Of a DNA stretch of 64,000 nucleotides, positions 35,340-43,830 are shown piece after piece. The notes under the pieces are model-generated. The model made no database searches. It was not told the origin of the DNA and saw only the letters and a list, made by a program, of their open reading frames with translations. A program made the translations under genes and the position numbers. The DNA is taken from the IMG/VR virus record IMGVR_UViG_3300037502_003876, positions 1-64,000 of that record, one strand, 5' to 3'. The stretch comes from a virus. Positions within the stretch are counted from its first letter, which is position 1; each line of letters opens with the position of its first letter.

Positions 35340-36539
35340 CTAGGCCACGTCGTTCGCCGGTAGACACGACTCGTGGACGATGCCGAGGGGCGGGAACACC
35401 TCCCCGAACGCCTCCGCCAGCGCCTCCGCGTCGCGCACGTAGCCGGCCGTCGTGGCGAAGTCCTTGTGCCCGGCCGCCGCCTGGATCTTCAGCGGGTCGT
35501 CGCCGCGGACCGCGCGCCAGGTGATGCCGGTCGCCCGGAGGTCGTGCCAGGTGATGCGCTTGCGGGTACGGTCGCCCGCCTCCACGAACAGTTCCTCGCG
35601 CTGGACGCCGGCCCACCGGAGGTACTGCCGGAGCCGGTCCGCCAGGTCCTCGGCCGGCGGCATCGCCACCACCGGGCCGGACGCGCTGGCGCCGCCGGCC
35701 TCCTCGCGCATCTGGCGCAGCAGCGGCAGCAGCGCCTCCTCGATCCGGTAGCGACGCGCGGCCTTGCCCTTGGTGTGGCGCACGGCGCCGATCTCGCGGT
35801 ACCGGTCCGTCGCCTGGTGGATGTGCACGATGCCCCGGTCGAGGTCGAGCGCGTCCCAGCGCAGCGCCTCCAGTTCCCCGGCGCGGCAGTAGAGGTACAC
35901 GCTCAGCGCGATGAGCCGGCGCCACCGCAGCGGCACCTGACGGCAGCGCATCACCGCCTCGACCTCGGACGGCCAGAGGAAGACCTTGACCTTGGCGGCG
36001 CCCTTGTCCGGCGGCGCCACGCCGTCGGCCGCGTCGGTGGCGCGCACGCGGAGCGCCGGGTCCTTGCTGTGGCAGGCGTCGCCCATGGCCTTGCTCACGA
36101 GTCCCCAGATGTTCCGCGCCGTCTTCCAGCTCAGGGCGCCCGACTGCACCCGCTCGTCCAGGTGCGCCACGAACCGCTCCAGGTCGAGCCGGCGGATCTC
36201 GTGCATCGGCAGCGCGCCGAGGTGCGGCCAGACGTGGACGCGCAGCCGGCTCTCGTCGTCCTTGCCGCCGACCAGCCCGCGCCGTCGCCGGGCGTCGAGC
36301 CACCGGATCGACCACTGCTGGAACGAGTCCTCCGGTAGCCGTGGGGCCGGCTCATCCCCGCGGATCACCAGACCGGCGGCGATCTGCTCGGCGAGGAAGG
36401 CGGCGTAGGTCTTGGCCCGGGCCAGCGTGGTCACGCTCGCCGGGCACGGGACGGTCTTGCGGCGGCCGTCCGGGAGCGTCACACGGGCGTAGAACTTCCC
36501 GTGCTGCTCGTAGGCGGAGCCGGTCTTGGTGCGGGTCAT
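35340..36539 (-). CDS. int: Tyrosine recombinase / phage integrase
   Basis: 399 aa. ...YCRAGELEALRW..., HDLRATGITW, AAGHKDFATTAGYV (R..HxxR..Y catalytic pattern). Confidence 0.9.
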   Translation of the reverse strand: MTRTKTGSAYEQHGKFYARVTLPDGRRKTVPCPASVTTLARAKTYAAFLAEQIAAGLVIRGDEPAPRLPEDSFQQWSIRWLDARRRRGLVGGKDDESRLRVHVWPHLGALPMHEIRRLDLERFVAHLDERVQSGALSWKTARNIWGLVSKAMGDACHSKDPALRVRATDAADGVAPPDKGAAKVKVFLWPSEVEAVMRCRQVPLRWRRLIALSVYLYCRAGELEALRWDALDLDRGIVHIHQATDRYREIGAVRHTKGKAARRYRIEEALLPLLRQMREEAGGASASGPVVAMPPAEDLADRLRQYLRWAGVQREELFVEAGDRTRKRITWHDLRATGITWRAVRGDDPLKIQAAAGHKDFATTAGYVRDAEALAEAFGEVFPPLGIVHESCLPANDVA

Positions 36540-36858
36540 GGGTCCATCCTTCGGGTAGGTCAGCGGCCGTGAACGGTCTCTCTTCCTCCACGGCCCGGGG
36601 GCGGTTGTCCAGCGCAGCGCGACGCGCGCGCACCTCGGCCCGGGCGGCGAGGTAGGCCACGACGTCCGCGCGGCGCGCGAGCCGGAGCTTGCCCTCGTGG
36701 ACCACGGGCCACGCCCCTCGCCGGCACAGGGCCAGGTAGGCGTCCGGCGGCAGACCGACCACGGCCTCCACGGTGCGCTGGTGCACGTACTCGGGCGGCG
36801 GTGCCACCACGGTCAGCGCCTCGCGCGGGATGCTCAGGGTCACGGTGTCGTCCGCCAT
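36352..36858 (-). CDS. xis: Excisionase-like HTH protein whose reading frame runs 187 nt into int
   Basis: ATG at 36858 is 34 nt from the TGACCCC motif. HQRTVEAVVGLPPDAYLALCRRGAWPVVHEGKLRLARRADVVAYL is Xis/HTH_17-like. No stop codon occurs before 36352. Confidence 0.5.
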   Translation of the reverse strand: MADDTVTLSIPREALTVVAPPPEYVHQRTVEAVVGLPPDAYLALCRRGAWPVVHEGKLRLARRADVVAYLAARAEVRARRAALDNRPRAVEEERPFTAADLPEGWTHDPHQDRLRLRAAREVLRPCDAPGRPPQDRPVPGERDHAGPGQDLRRLPRRADRRRSGDPRG

Positions 36859-36959
36859 GCACGCCACCCTGCCGGAGTCCGGCGAGGGGTCAGCGTGGCA
36901 GCGGGCAGCGTGGGCGCATCAGCCGGGAGGGACGGTGGCGCGCACCCGGACCTGACCGC

Positions 36960-37787
36960 TCAGGTGTAGGCGCCCGCGTCGGGCATCCACGCGGCGAGCC
37001 GGTGGTAGAGGCTCGGGTAGTAGTGCCGCAGCCACGCGGCGCCGCCCCATCGGCTGTGGCCGCCGGGCACCCACCACGACTTGCGCAGCCGCCACGGCTC
37101 GCGCCCGTGGGCCAGCGCGAGGCACCGGTAGACCGGCAGCACCGGGATGGTGCGCGTCAGCAGGTAGGCCATCACGTCCAGCCCGGTCCAGTCCGCGAGC
37201 GGCGTGCTGACCCACTGGCCCTCGGCGCGGTACGGGTGCGCCTTGCGGTAGAGCGTGCCGTGGGCGGCGCGGCTCGCCCGGCGCCCGGCGCTCTCTTCCT
37301 GGCGCAGCCCGAGCATCACACCGTCGTAGCGGGCGCCGTGGCGCTCCACCACGTCGTAGAAGCACGCGCGGCTCAGCCCGGCCGCCCGGCTGTGCAGGTC
37401 GTCGCCCGCGCCGAGCGTGGCGGCGTTCTCGGCCATCCACGCCCGCGGGCTCACCGGCGGGCGCAGCACGGTGAGGTCCAGTCCCCAGGCGGTCGCCAGC
37501 CCGGCGAGGTAGTCCTCCTCGCCCGGGTAATCGAGGTCGTCCTTCTCGCTGGCCACGGGGAGCCGGTGCCCGAGGTCCACGCACGCCAGGTGCACGAGCG
37601 CGGTGGAGTCCTTGCCGCCGGACCACATGACGCACCACGACGGCGCCGCCGCCAGCGCGTCCGCGACGCGGCGCCGGGCCAGGTCCACGCGGCGCTGGTG
37701 GTCACGCTGCCGGGCGTGGAGGCGGCAGGTGGCCACCCAGGACCGCCACAGCCGTTCGTCCTCGGGGCGCAGGATGGGCTCGCTCAT
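36960..37787 (-). CDS. PAPS reductase / CysH-like adenine-nucleotide alpha-hydrolase
   Basis: PP-loop VMWSGGKDSTALVHL. ...GVMLGLRQEES..R.. Last gene of the long early operon. Confidence 0.75.
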   Translation of the reverse strand: MSEPILRPEDERLWRSWVATCRLHARQRDHQRRVDLARRRVADALAAAPSWCVMWSGGKDSTALVHLACVDLGHRLPVASEKDDLDYPGEEDYLAGLATAWGLDLTVLRPPVSPRAWMAENAATLGAGDDLHSRAAGLSRACFYDVVERHGARYDGVMLGLRQEESAGRRASRAAHGTLYRKAHPYRAEGQWVSTPLADWTGLDVMAYLLTRTIPVLPVYRCLALAHGREPWRLRKSWWVPGGHSRWGGAAWLRHYYPSLYHRLAAWMPDAGAYT

Positions 37788-37824
37788 GGGCCCACGGTGC
37801 CACGCCCCGGCGACGGGTCCGCCG

Positions 37825-38202
37825 TCAGCCCGCGGCGCGGCGCAGGAACCAGCCGCCGTTGCCGCGCTTCCACCGGGCAAAGCCGGCCCGCTCGTGGGCC
37901 ACCCGCGAGGCCGGGTTGTCGTCCGCGACGAAGGCGACCAGCGGGCGGTCCCGGTAGTGCTCGTACACCGCCGCCAGCAGCCCGCGTCCACGGGCCGCCG
38001 GGTCGATGTAGATCGGGCCGAGGCGCCACCCCCACCGGGTCTCGTGCGGGGTCACGAACCCGACCACGCGGCCGTCCACGACGAGCGCCACGCGGTGGTC
38101 TCCGCGGCGGGCGCGGCCGCGGGTGAACCAGCAGGCGTTGGCGTCGTCGATGAGGTGGGGCGGAATGAGCGTATCCTCCACGAGCGTCACAGGAGATCCC
38201 AT
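37825..38202 (-). CDS. GNAT-family N-acetyltransferase (small)
   Basis: RGRGLLAAVYEHY (acetyl-CoA motif A-like) and ...DNPASRVAHERAGFAR. Overlaps the upstream 3' end by 16 nt. Confidence 0.6.
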   Translation of the reverse strand: MGSPVTLVEDTLIPPHLIDDANACWFTRGRARRGDHRVALVVDGRVVGFVTPHETRWGWRLGPIYIDPAARGRGLLAAVYEHYRDRPLVAFVADDNPASRVAHERAGFARWKRGNGGWFLRRAAG

Positions 38203-39260
38203 AGCCGCTCCTTGAGCCGGTTGCGCTTGGGCTGGGACACCGGCACGGCGTTCTCCCAGTCGTTGAGGAGGATCTGCTTGACCTGCTGGCGGCACGTCTC
38301 CTCGTCCACACGCTGCCCGGCGAAGCGTTGCCGGAACCGGCCCACGCGGTCCAGCGGCGTCGTGTCGAGGAGGTAGTCCCGGTAGGCGCGCCAGGTCGGG
38401 AAGGTGGGCGGCAGGTCGGTCGCCTCGAACACGCCGGACTCGTCGTAGTAGAGCGCGGCGGCGTGGGGGCCGCCGATGCGGCGGACGAGGGCGTCGTAGG
38501 TGTCCGGCTCGAACTCTTGCAGGTCCGCCAGGCACCGGAACGACTTCTCGTGGATGAGGTTCGACACGCGCATCTTGCGGTCGACGGCGCCGTACTTGGC
38601 GAACATCCGGTCGTAGTGCCGGTTGTACGGGAGGGCGTGGTCGGCGATGTACTTCCACACGTCGCCCGTGGTCCAGTCGAACAGCGGGTAGCACCGGAAC
38701 GAGTGCGGGTTGTCGGTGGCGGTGGACCAGCGCCAGCCGTGGCAGCCGGCCCGCTTGGTGACGGAGCGGAACCGGTTGAACGACTCCCGGGACCGCAGCC
38801 CGACCAGGTGCGCGGTGGGCTCCCGGTCCTGCGCCTCGATCCAGGGGAAGAACTCGTAGAACCGGTCCGGGTACGGGCCGTCGACGCGGTGGATGGCGAG
38901 CGGGTGCTTGGGGCGCATCCACGGCTGACCCTCGCCCCACGCGTGGAGCCAGTAGTCCCGGTGACTGGTGGCGTTGGTCATGCGCACCGGCACCTGGTAC
39001 CAGGCCGGGTCGACGCGCGGGTCGGCCATCCACTCGGCGATCACGTCGATGGTGGCCTGGTACTCGGCCTCCTGGTCGAGAAAGAACAGGCCGACGCGCC
39101 GGCCCCGGCGGGCGGCCTCCTCCACGGCGAGGTGCCGCAGCACGGTGGAGTCCTTGCCGCCGCTGACGCTGACGACCACGCGGGGGAACCGGTCGAAGAC
39201 CTGCGCGACGCGCTCCCGGGCGGCGTCCAGCACGGTGCGGTCCGTGTAGGCGACCTTCAC
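38187..39260 (-). CDS. IbrA-like PAPS reductase with a C-terminal DUF3440-type extension
   Basis: GTG at 39260 (VKVAYTDRT...). PP-loop VVSVSGGKDSTVLRHL. Long C-terminal domain ...NLIHEKSFRCLADLQEFEPDTY... as in IbrA-type proteins. Confidence 0.7.
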   Translation of the reverse strand: MKVAYTDRTVLDAARERVAQVFDRFPRVVVSVSGGKDSTVLRHLAVEEAARRGRRVGLFFLDQEAEYQATIDVIAEWMADPRVDPAWYQVPVRMTNATSHRDYWLHAWGEGQPWMRPKHPLAIHRVDGPYPDRFYEFFPWIEAQDREPTAHLVGLRSRESFNRFRSVTKRAGCHGWRWSTATDNPHSFRCYPLFDWTTGDVWKYIADHALPYNRHYDRMFAKYGAVDRKMRVSNLIHEKSFRCLADLQEFEPDTYDALVRRIGGPHAAALYYDESGVFEATDLPPTFPTWRAYRDYLLDTTPLDRVGRFRQRFAGQRVDEETCRQQVKQILLNDWENAVPVSQPKRNRLKERLWDLL

Positions 39261-40042
39261 GCGGCCACCTCCGCGCAGGGCCGGAACGTGTCGGCGATGT
39301 GGTTGGTCAGGTGGGCGAGGCGCCGCAGCCGGTCGGTCAGGTACCGGTCCACGCCGAGGTCGGTGCGCACCACGTCCACGCGCTCCCGGCGCCACAGGTC
39401 GGCCGGGGCCGGGACGGCGCGCCCGGGCACGCGGGCCTGGGCCCACGCGCCGAGGCGGCGCAGCAGCGCGTGCTCGGTGTGCTCCTCCTCGAACGCCCGC
39501 GCCTTCTCCTCGGCGTAGGCGGCGCGCGTCGCGTCGTCCACCGGCAGCACGGTCTCGCGCAGGTCGATACGCCAGGCGTCCGGCGCGGTGATGACGCCGT
39601 GGCCCCAGCGGGCCAGCGCCTCCGGGCGGAAGGGGTCCGCCGGGCGCTTGCCGTCCAGCGCCGCCTTGTGGTGGCTCTCGGCGAGGTAGCTGTAGGTGTA
39701 GCCGTCGTAGGCGGCGCCGACCGCGCCGAAGGCGAACCACGCGCGCCACGGCTCGGCCACGAACAGCCACCGGTCCACCACGATGCGCTGCGCCGTCGTG
39801 GGCCGGAGCAGCACGGCGCCGGCCTCGGTCCGGTTGCCCGGGGTGATCATCTTGCTGAGGCCCACGAGGATGACCGTGCGGTGGGCGCGCAGGTCCGCGG
39901 TGGTGATGGGCCACGCGGCGTGGTGGCACCCCGGGAGGGTGCGCGGGGCCGGGTACCCCTTGGCCGTGACGCACAACGCACCCTCGCCGTGGGGCAGGGT
40001 GAGCGCCGCCGGGTCGCGGTGCAGGTAGATGCGCGGGGTCAT
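39257..40042 (-). CDS. Hypothetical protein (operon member, unknown fold)
   Basis: ATG at 40042 overlaps the upstream stop (ATGA), and its own stop overlaps the IbrA-like start. 261 aa. Confidence 0.5.
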   Translation of the reverse strand: MTPRIYLHRDPAALTLPHGEGALCVTAKGYPAPRTLPGCHHAAWPITTADLRAHRTVILVGLSKMITPGNRTEAGAVLLRPTTAQRIVVDRWLFVAEPWRAWFAFGAVGAAYDGYTYSYLAESHHKAALDGKRPADPFRPEALARWGHGVITAPDAWRIDLRETVLPVDDATRAAYAEEKARAFEEEHTEHALLRRLGAWAQARVPGRAVPAPADLWRRERVDVVRTDLGVDRYLTDRLRRLAHLTNHIADTFRPCAEVAA

Positions 40043-41460
40043 TCGGCCGCCTCCCCGCCCTCGTCGTCGGTGACCTCCCACGCGCGCTCGTACCGCTCGC
40101 CGGCCAGCAGCCGGGCGGCGCCGACCATCTGCCGGAGCCGCAGCGACTCCTCCACGCTCATACCGAGGGCGGCGGCGACGCGCTCGTCGTCCCACCCCTC
40201 GGCCATCATGCCGCGCATCAGGCTGGCCATGAGGTCGACCTGGTGCTTGCCGCGGGCGCGGTTGTGCCGGACCGTGGACGCCATGCGGTCCGCGCGGGAG
40301 GACGCGATCACGCTGGCCGGGAGGTAGGCGCGGCCGAGCCGGGTGGCGGCCGTCGTGCGCCGGTGAAAGCCGTCCACCACGGTCCAGTCCCCGCGCTCCG
40401 GCACCACGACGATGGGCATGGTGATGCCGTCGGCGCGCATCGACTGCTCCAGCAGGTCCAGTTCCGGGGACGCCACACGGTTGGGGTTGTAGTCGTTGGC
40501 GTGGACGCGGGCGGCCGGGAGCAACTGCGGGGACGCCGCCGGGTCGCCGTGGGTCACGTCCGCGACGAGCGCGCCGAGGGCCCGCTGGACGGCGTTGTAG
40601 GCGGCGACGCGCTCCTCGGCCGGGAGGCCGGCCAGCGCCACCAGCGCGGCGGTCACCGCGCCCACGTCCGCCGGGGCCGGGGCCGGCGTGGGGGGCGCGG
40701 GCTGCGCCGACAGCGGAGGCGGTGCGTCCTCGTCCTCGTCGCCCACGGTCAGGCTCAGCTGTTCCTGCGGGGTGGGGCGGGCGGGCGGGGGCAGGAGCGG
40801 GGCGCCGCCGGTGCGGGGGCGGTAGCCCTTCTTCTCGACCCAGGCCGCGGTGCGGGCCAGCCGGGTGGGGTTGAGTTCCGTGCCGGCGTAGTGGCACCCG
40901 AAGATGTGCGCCAGCCGGCTCGTCATGCCGAGCCCCGTGCACGGGTCCACCACGAGCGACCCGCGGGGCAGGCCGAGCCCGGCGAAGGCCGTGTGAGACA
41001 TCGGTTGCCCGTGGAGCCCGCTCGGGTCCGTGGTCAGCGGCCGCGGGCCGTAGTGCACCAGCAGGTTGGGGAGCTTCTGGCTGCTGTAGCGGACCTCGTA
41101 CCGGCGCTGCTCCGGCCAGCGCCACGCGGCGCCCGCGCGGGCCACCGCCTCGAAGAACCACCGGTTGCGGTCGGCGTGGATGCTCATCTCCACGAGGACG
41201 TGCTCCGGGTCGGCGGCGAGGCAGCACGCCACCCACGCATCCATCAGCCGGTCAAAGCCGGCGGCCGGCGGGGTGAGCCGGGCGTGGCGCCGCCAGTACT
41301 TCTCGTTCCCCGGATCCCAGGGCGGATCGCTGTAGACCAGCCAGGCGCGGCGGCCGGCCAGCGTGGCGCGGAAGGTGTCGAGGCCCTGTGGGCTGGTGAG
41401 GTCGGCGCAGGCGAGCGCCTGCGTCAGCCCTTCCGGGCCGTCCCAGATCGTGCTACTCAT
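40039..41460 (-). CDS. Fusion of a beta-class N6/N4 DNA amino-methyltransferase and a ParB/IbrB-like domain
   Basis: Motif IV LVYSDPPWDP precedes motif I VVDPCTGLGMTS. After a Pro/Ala linker comes ...NDYNPNRV...IVVVPERGDWTVVDGFHRR...VRHNRARGKH (ParB/Srx fold, IbrB-type). Confidence 0.7.
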   Translation of the reverse strand: MSSTIWDGPEGLTQALACADLTSPQGLDTFRATLAGRRAWLVYSDPPWDPGNEKYWRRHARLTPPAAGFDRLMDAWVACCLAADPEHVLVEMSIHADRNRWFFEAVARAGAAWRWPEQRRYEVRYSSQKLPNLLVHYGPRPLTTDPSGLHGQPMSHTAFAGLGLPRGSLVVDPCTGLGMTSRLAHIFGCHYAGTELNPTRLARTAAWVEKKGYRPRTGGAPLLPPPARPTPQEQLSLTVGDEDEDAPPPLSAQPAPPTPAPAPADVGAVTAALVALAGLPAEERVAAYNAVQRALGALVADVTHGDPAASPQLLPAARVHANDYNPNRVASPELDLLEQSMRADGITMPIVVVPERGDWTVVDGFHRRTTAATRLGRAYLPASVIASSRADRMASTVRHNRARGKHQVDLMASLMRGMMAEGWDDERVAAALGMSVEESLRLRQMVGAARLLAGERYERAWEVTDDEGGEAAE

Positions 41461-41539
41461 GGTGTGCTACCTCGTTCTAGCGAGTGTGGCCACGGGGTCG
41501 GGACGTTGGAAGCGTCGCCGGCCCCATTGAATTTCCAGC

Positions 41540-42277
41540 CTACGCGCCGCCGCCCGCCGGGTCAAGCGGCGCCGCCGCCAGCGCCTCGCTTGCCCGGTGC
41601 CAGTAGGGCGGCCGCAGGGTGCAGCGCCGGAGCGTGTAGGAGCCGGGGGCGTAGAGCCGGGCGGCCTCGGCGCCGTCCTGCACCGGGAGGCTCCGCTGGG
41701 GGCGCCCCTGCCAGACCAGCGCCCGGTCCTCGGCCGGCTCGATCTCGACGGACGCCACGCTCCCGAGCCCGGCGCGGCCGAGGTACGGGATGCGGGCGAG
41801 GAGGAGCCGGAGCCGGTCCGGGTCGCCGCGCAGGTGGGTGTCGAGGCAGGGGGTGTGGAGGACGGCGCGCGGGATGTTGAGGGACTTGTACGGGCCGCCG
41901 CTGGTGATGACCTTGCCCGGGAGGCGGTAGTGGTCCACGTCGGCCCGCTTGCGCCACAGCCGGACGCCCTCCACCGCGCCGACGTCCGGCGGGGGCGCCG
42001 CCCACGAGCACGCCCACAGCGCGTGGCCGCCGACGGTGACCTGCTCCAGCGGAAGGGGCAGGTGCGGCGGCGGACCGCGGTACCCGGCGAACACGTCCGC
42101 CGGCAGCTCGCCGGTGACGTGGGCCACGGCGAGCCAGGACAGCGACCCGTCCAGGTGCAACCCGTCCGGGCTCCACGCCACCGGCTGGCGGAACCACAGC
42201 CGGACGCGCAGCGGCTCCACGCGCCGGGGCGAGAGGAGGTCCGCCATGCGGTCGAGCCAGGGCCACGCCGGAGCCAT
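41540..42277 (-). CDS. RAMP protein, Cas5/Csf3-like (tentative)
   Basis: N-terminus ...SPDGLHLDGSLSWLAVAH, internal ITSGGPYKSLNIP, Gly-rich loop PYLGRAGLGSVASVEIEP. ATGA-coupled to the upstream gene. Confidence 0.45.
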   Translation of the reverse strand: MAPAWPWLDRMADLLSPRRVEPLRVRLWFRQPVAWSPDGLHLDGSLSWLAVAHVTGELPADVFAGYRGPPPHLPLPLEQVTVGGHALWACSWAAPPPDVGAVEGVRLWRKRADVDHYRLPGKVITSGGPYKSLNIPRAVLHTPCLDTHLRGDPDRLRLLLARIPYLGRAGLGSVASVEIEPAEDRALVWQGRPQRSLPVQDGAEAARLYAPGSYTLRRCTLRPPYWHRASEALAAAPLDPAGGGA

Positions 42278-43830
42278 CAGAACAGGCCCTCCTGGTCCGC
42301 TGGCGGAACGGGCGGCGCGGCCTGGGCGGCGCCCTTCTTCGGGCGGCTGCGCTTCGCCTCGGCCCGGGCGCCCTCGCTGCTGCCGCGGTCGAGCACGGCC
42401 GCCGGCTCGCGGCCCCCAGCCAGCACCCAGGCGCGCATGGCGTCCCGGTGCTGGTCGACGTGGGCGAGGTAGACGGACGGGTCCGGGAGGGGGGCGGCGC
42501 CGGCAGCGGGGCGCCACCCGTCCGTGACGAACGCCCCGAAGGCGGAGGACGTGCGGGCGCCGGTCAGCCCCCCGGCCGCCATCAGCGCGAGCCCGTCGGC
42601 GAGGCACGCGGCCGTGACCGGGGACGGGGCGAACGGGGTGCGCCACTGGACCGTGTGGACGAACTGCGCGCCGCGCACGATGACCTCGGTCTGCATCAGC
42701 ATCTGCACGCCGTCGGCGCCGTCGAGTTCCCGGTGGGCGTGCCGTGTGCTCTGCCGTGTGGTCACCAGCGTGTCCGCCGGGGCGAGCCGGGCGGCGAGGT
42801 CCGCGACGCTCTCGCCGGGCCGGGCCAGGGTCGGGTGCACCAGCCAGGCGTTCTCGCGGCAGACCAGCGTGAGGTCCGCCACGGCGAGGCACCCGGCGGC
42901 CGGGCCCTGCCCGGGGAGCGACCCGGCCACGAGGTCGAGGGGCGGGCAGAGGCGGCGCATGGCGCGGCGCGCGGACGGCACCACGTCGAGCGTGTCGGCG
43001 CCGGCCTCGATGCTGCCGCCGGCGAGGAGCGCGTGGGCGACGCCGGGCGGGATCTCCTCCGGGGCCAGGCCGAGGAGGGCGAGGTAGCGCAGGGCGAGGA
43101 CGTCGCGGAGCTGGCCGCGGAAGGCGTTGCCGGCGACGAACGGCACCAGCGACCGCCGCCCGGTGAGCGGGTCCACGGCGGGCTCGCGGCGCACCTGGTT
43201 GACGTTGCCGCTCTTCGTGTCGGCGCCGTGGGCCAGCGGCGACGCCAGCGTGAGCACGGCCGCGTGGTGGGGCACGGCCACCGCCCGGCCCGGGTCCGGC
43301 AGCACGGCGGGCGAGCCGTGGTGGAGGGCCACCGGCTGCGCGGCGAGGTCCGCCCAGAGTTGCTCGTCCTCGTCCGGGTCGGCGGCGCGCGCCGTGGCGA
43401 AGGTGGCGAACAGGTCCACGCCGTCCGACCGCAGCGCGTCGCGCACGGCGTCCAGGCCCATCGGGGGCGAGGCGAGCAGCCGGTGCCAGTCGATGACCTC
43501 GCGCCGCGCCGGGAAGAAGACCGCCAGCGGCCGCAGCCCGTCCGGCCCGGGCACGCCCATCGGGTCCACGCTGAAGCGGTCGCACAGGTCGCCGAAGAAC
43601 TGCGCCGTGCTGCTGGCGCCGAGCGCGAGCGGCAGCAGGCAGTTCCCGAGTTCCACCGGCAGGTTGCGCAGCCGGTGCTCGCCGATGCGGTCCTTGTCCA
43701 CGGCGCGGACCAGCGAGCGCAGCAGGTAGCCGAGGCACCGCCGGGTGGCGGCCAGGCCGGAGGCGTCGATGCGGACCAGCCGGGTCCACGGGGTCGGGTC
43801 GGTGTGGGTCGTCGGGGTCGGGTCGTTCAT
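42277..43830 (-). CDS. Cas7-family RAMP (Csf2/Csm3-like) with a ~170-aa helical N-terminal extension (possible Cas11-like fusion)
   Basis: LTLASPLAHGADTKSGNVNQVRRE...LVPFVAGNAFRGQLRD; ALLAGGSIE; LDLVAGSL. Start ATG 43830 overlaps the upstream stop. Confidence 0.55.
   Translation of the reverse strand: MNDPTPTTHTDPTPWTRLVRIDASGLAATRRCLGYLLRSLVRAVDKDRIGEHRLRNLPVELGNCLLPLALGASSTAQFFGDLCDRFSVDPMGVPGPDGLRPLAVFFPARREVIDWHRLLASPPMGLDAVRDALRSDGVDLFATFATARAADPDEDEQLWADLAAQPVALHHGSPAVLPDPGRAVAVPHHAAVLTLASPLAHGADTKSGNVNQVRREPAVDPLTGRRSLVPFVAGNAFRGQLRDVLALRYLALLGLAPEEIPPGVAHALLAGGSIEAGADTLDVVPSARRAMRRLCPPLDLVAGSLPGQGPAAGCLAVADLTLVCRENAWLVHPTLARPGESVADLAARLAPADTLVTTRQSTRHAHRELDGADGVQMLMQTEVIVRGAQFVHTVQWRTPFAPSPVTAACLADGLALMAAGGLTGARTSSAFGAFVTDGWRPAAGAAPLPDPSVYLAHVDQHRDAMRAWVLAGGREPAAVLDRGSSEGARAEAKRSRPKKGAAQAAPPVPPADQEGLF

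Noticed and set aside
35256-35345. A complete tRNA gene downstream of int.
   Set aside because: Only the T-loop, the 3' half of the T-stem and the acceptor 3' strand are recognisable. The upstream 60 nt give no matching acceptor 5' strand, D-arm or anticodon arm, and the T-stem 5' half is mismatched. It is kept only as an att-core candidate.
39257-41236. The full 659-aa ORF 39257..41236 and the 595-aa ORF 38187..39974 as single large genes.
   Set aside because: Their N-terminal two-thirds are out-of-frame shadows of the methyltransferase-ParB gene and of the 261-aa gene. Internal starts at 40042 (ATG) and 39260 (GTG) coincide with upstream stops and with the onset of protein-like sequence.
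41461-41539. The 79-nt gap between the Cas5-like gene and the methyltransferase-ParB gene, considered as a possible mini-array or leader.
   Set aside because: It contains no internal repeat and has no similarity to the hairpin repeats elsewhere. It probably holds only the ribosome-binding region for 40039..41460.
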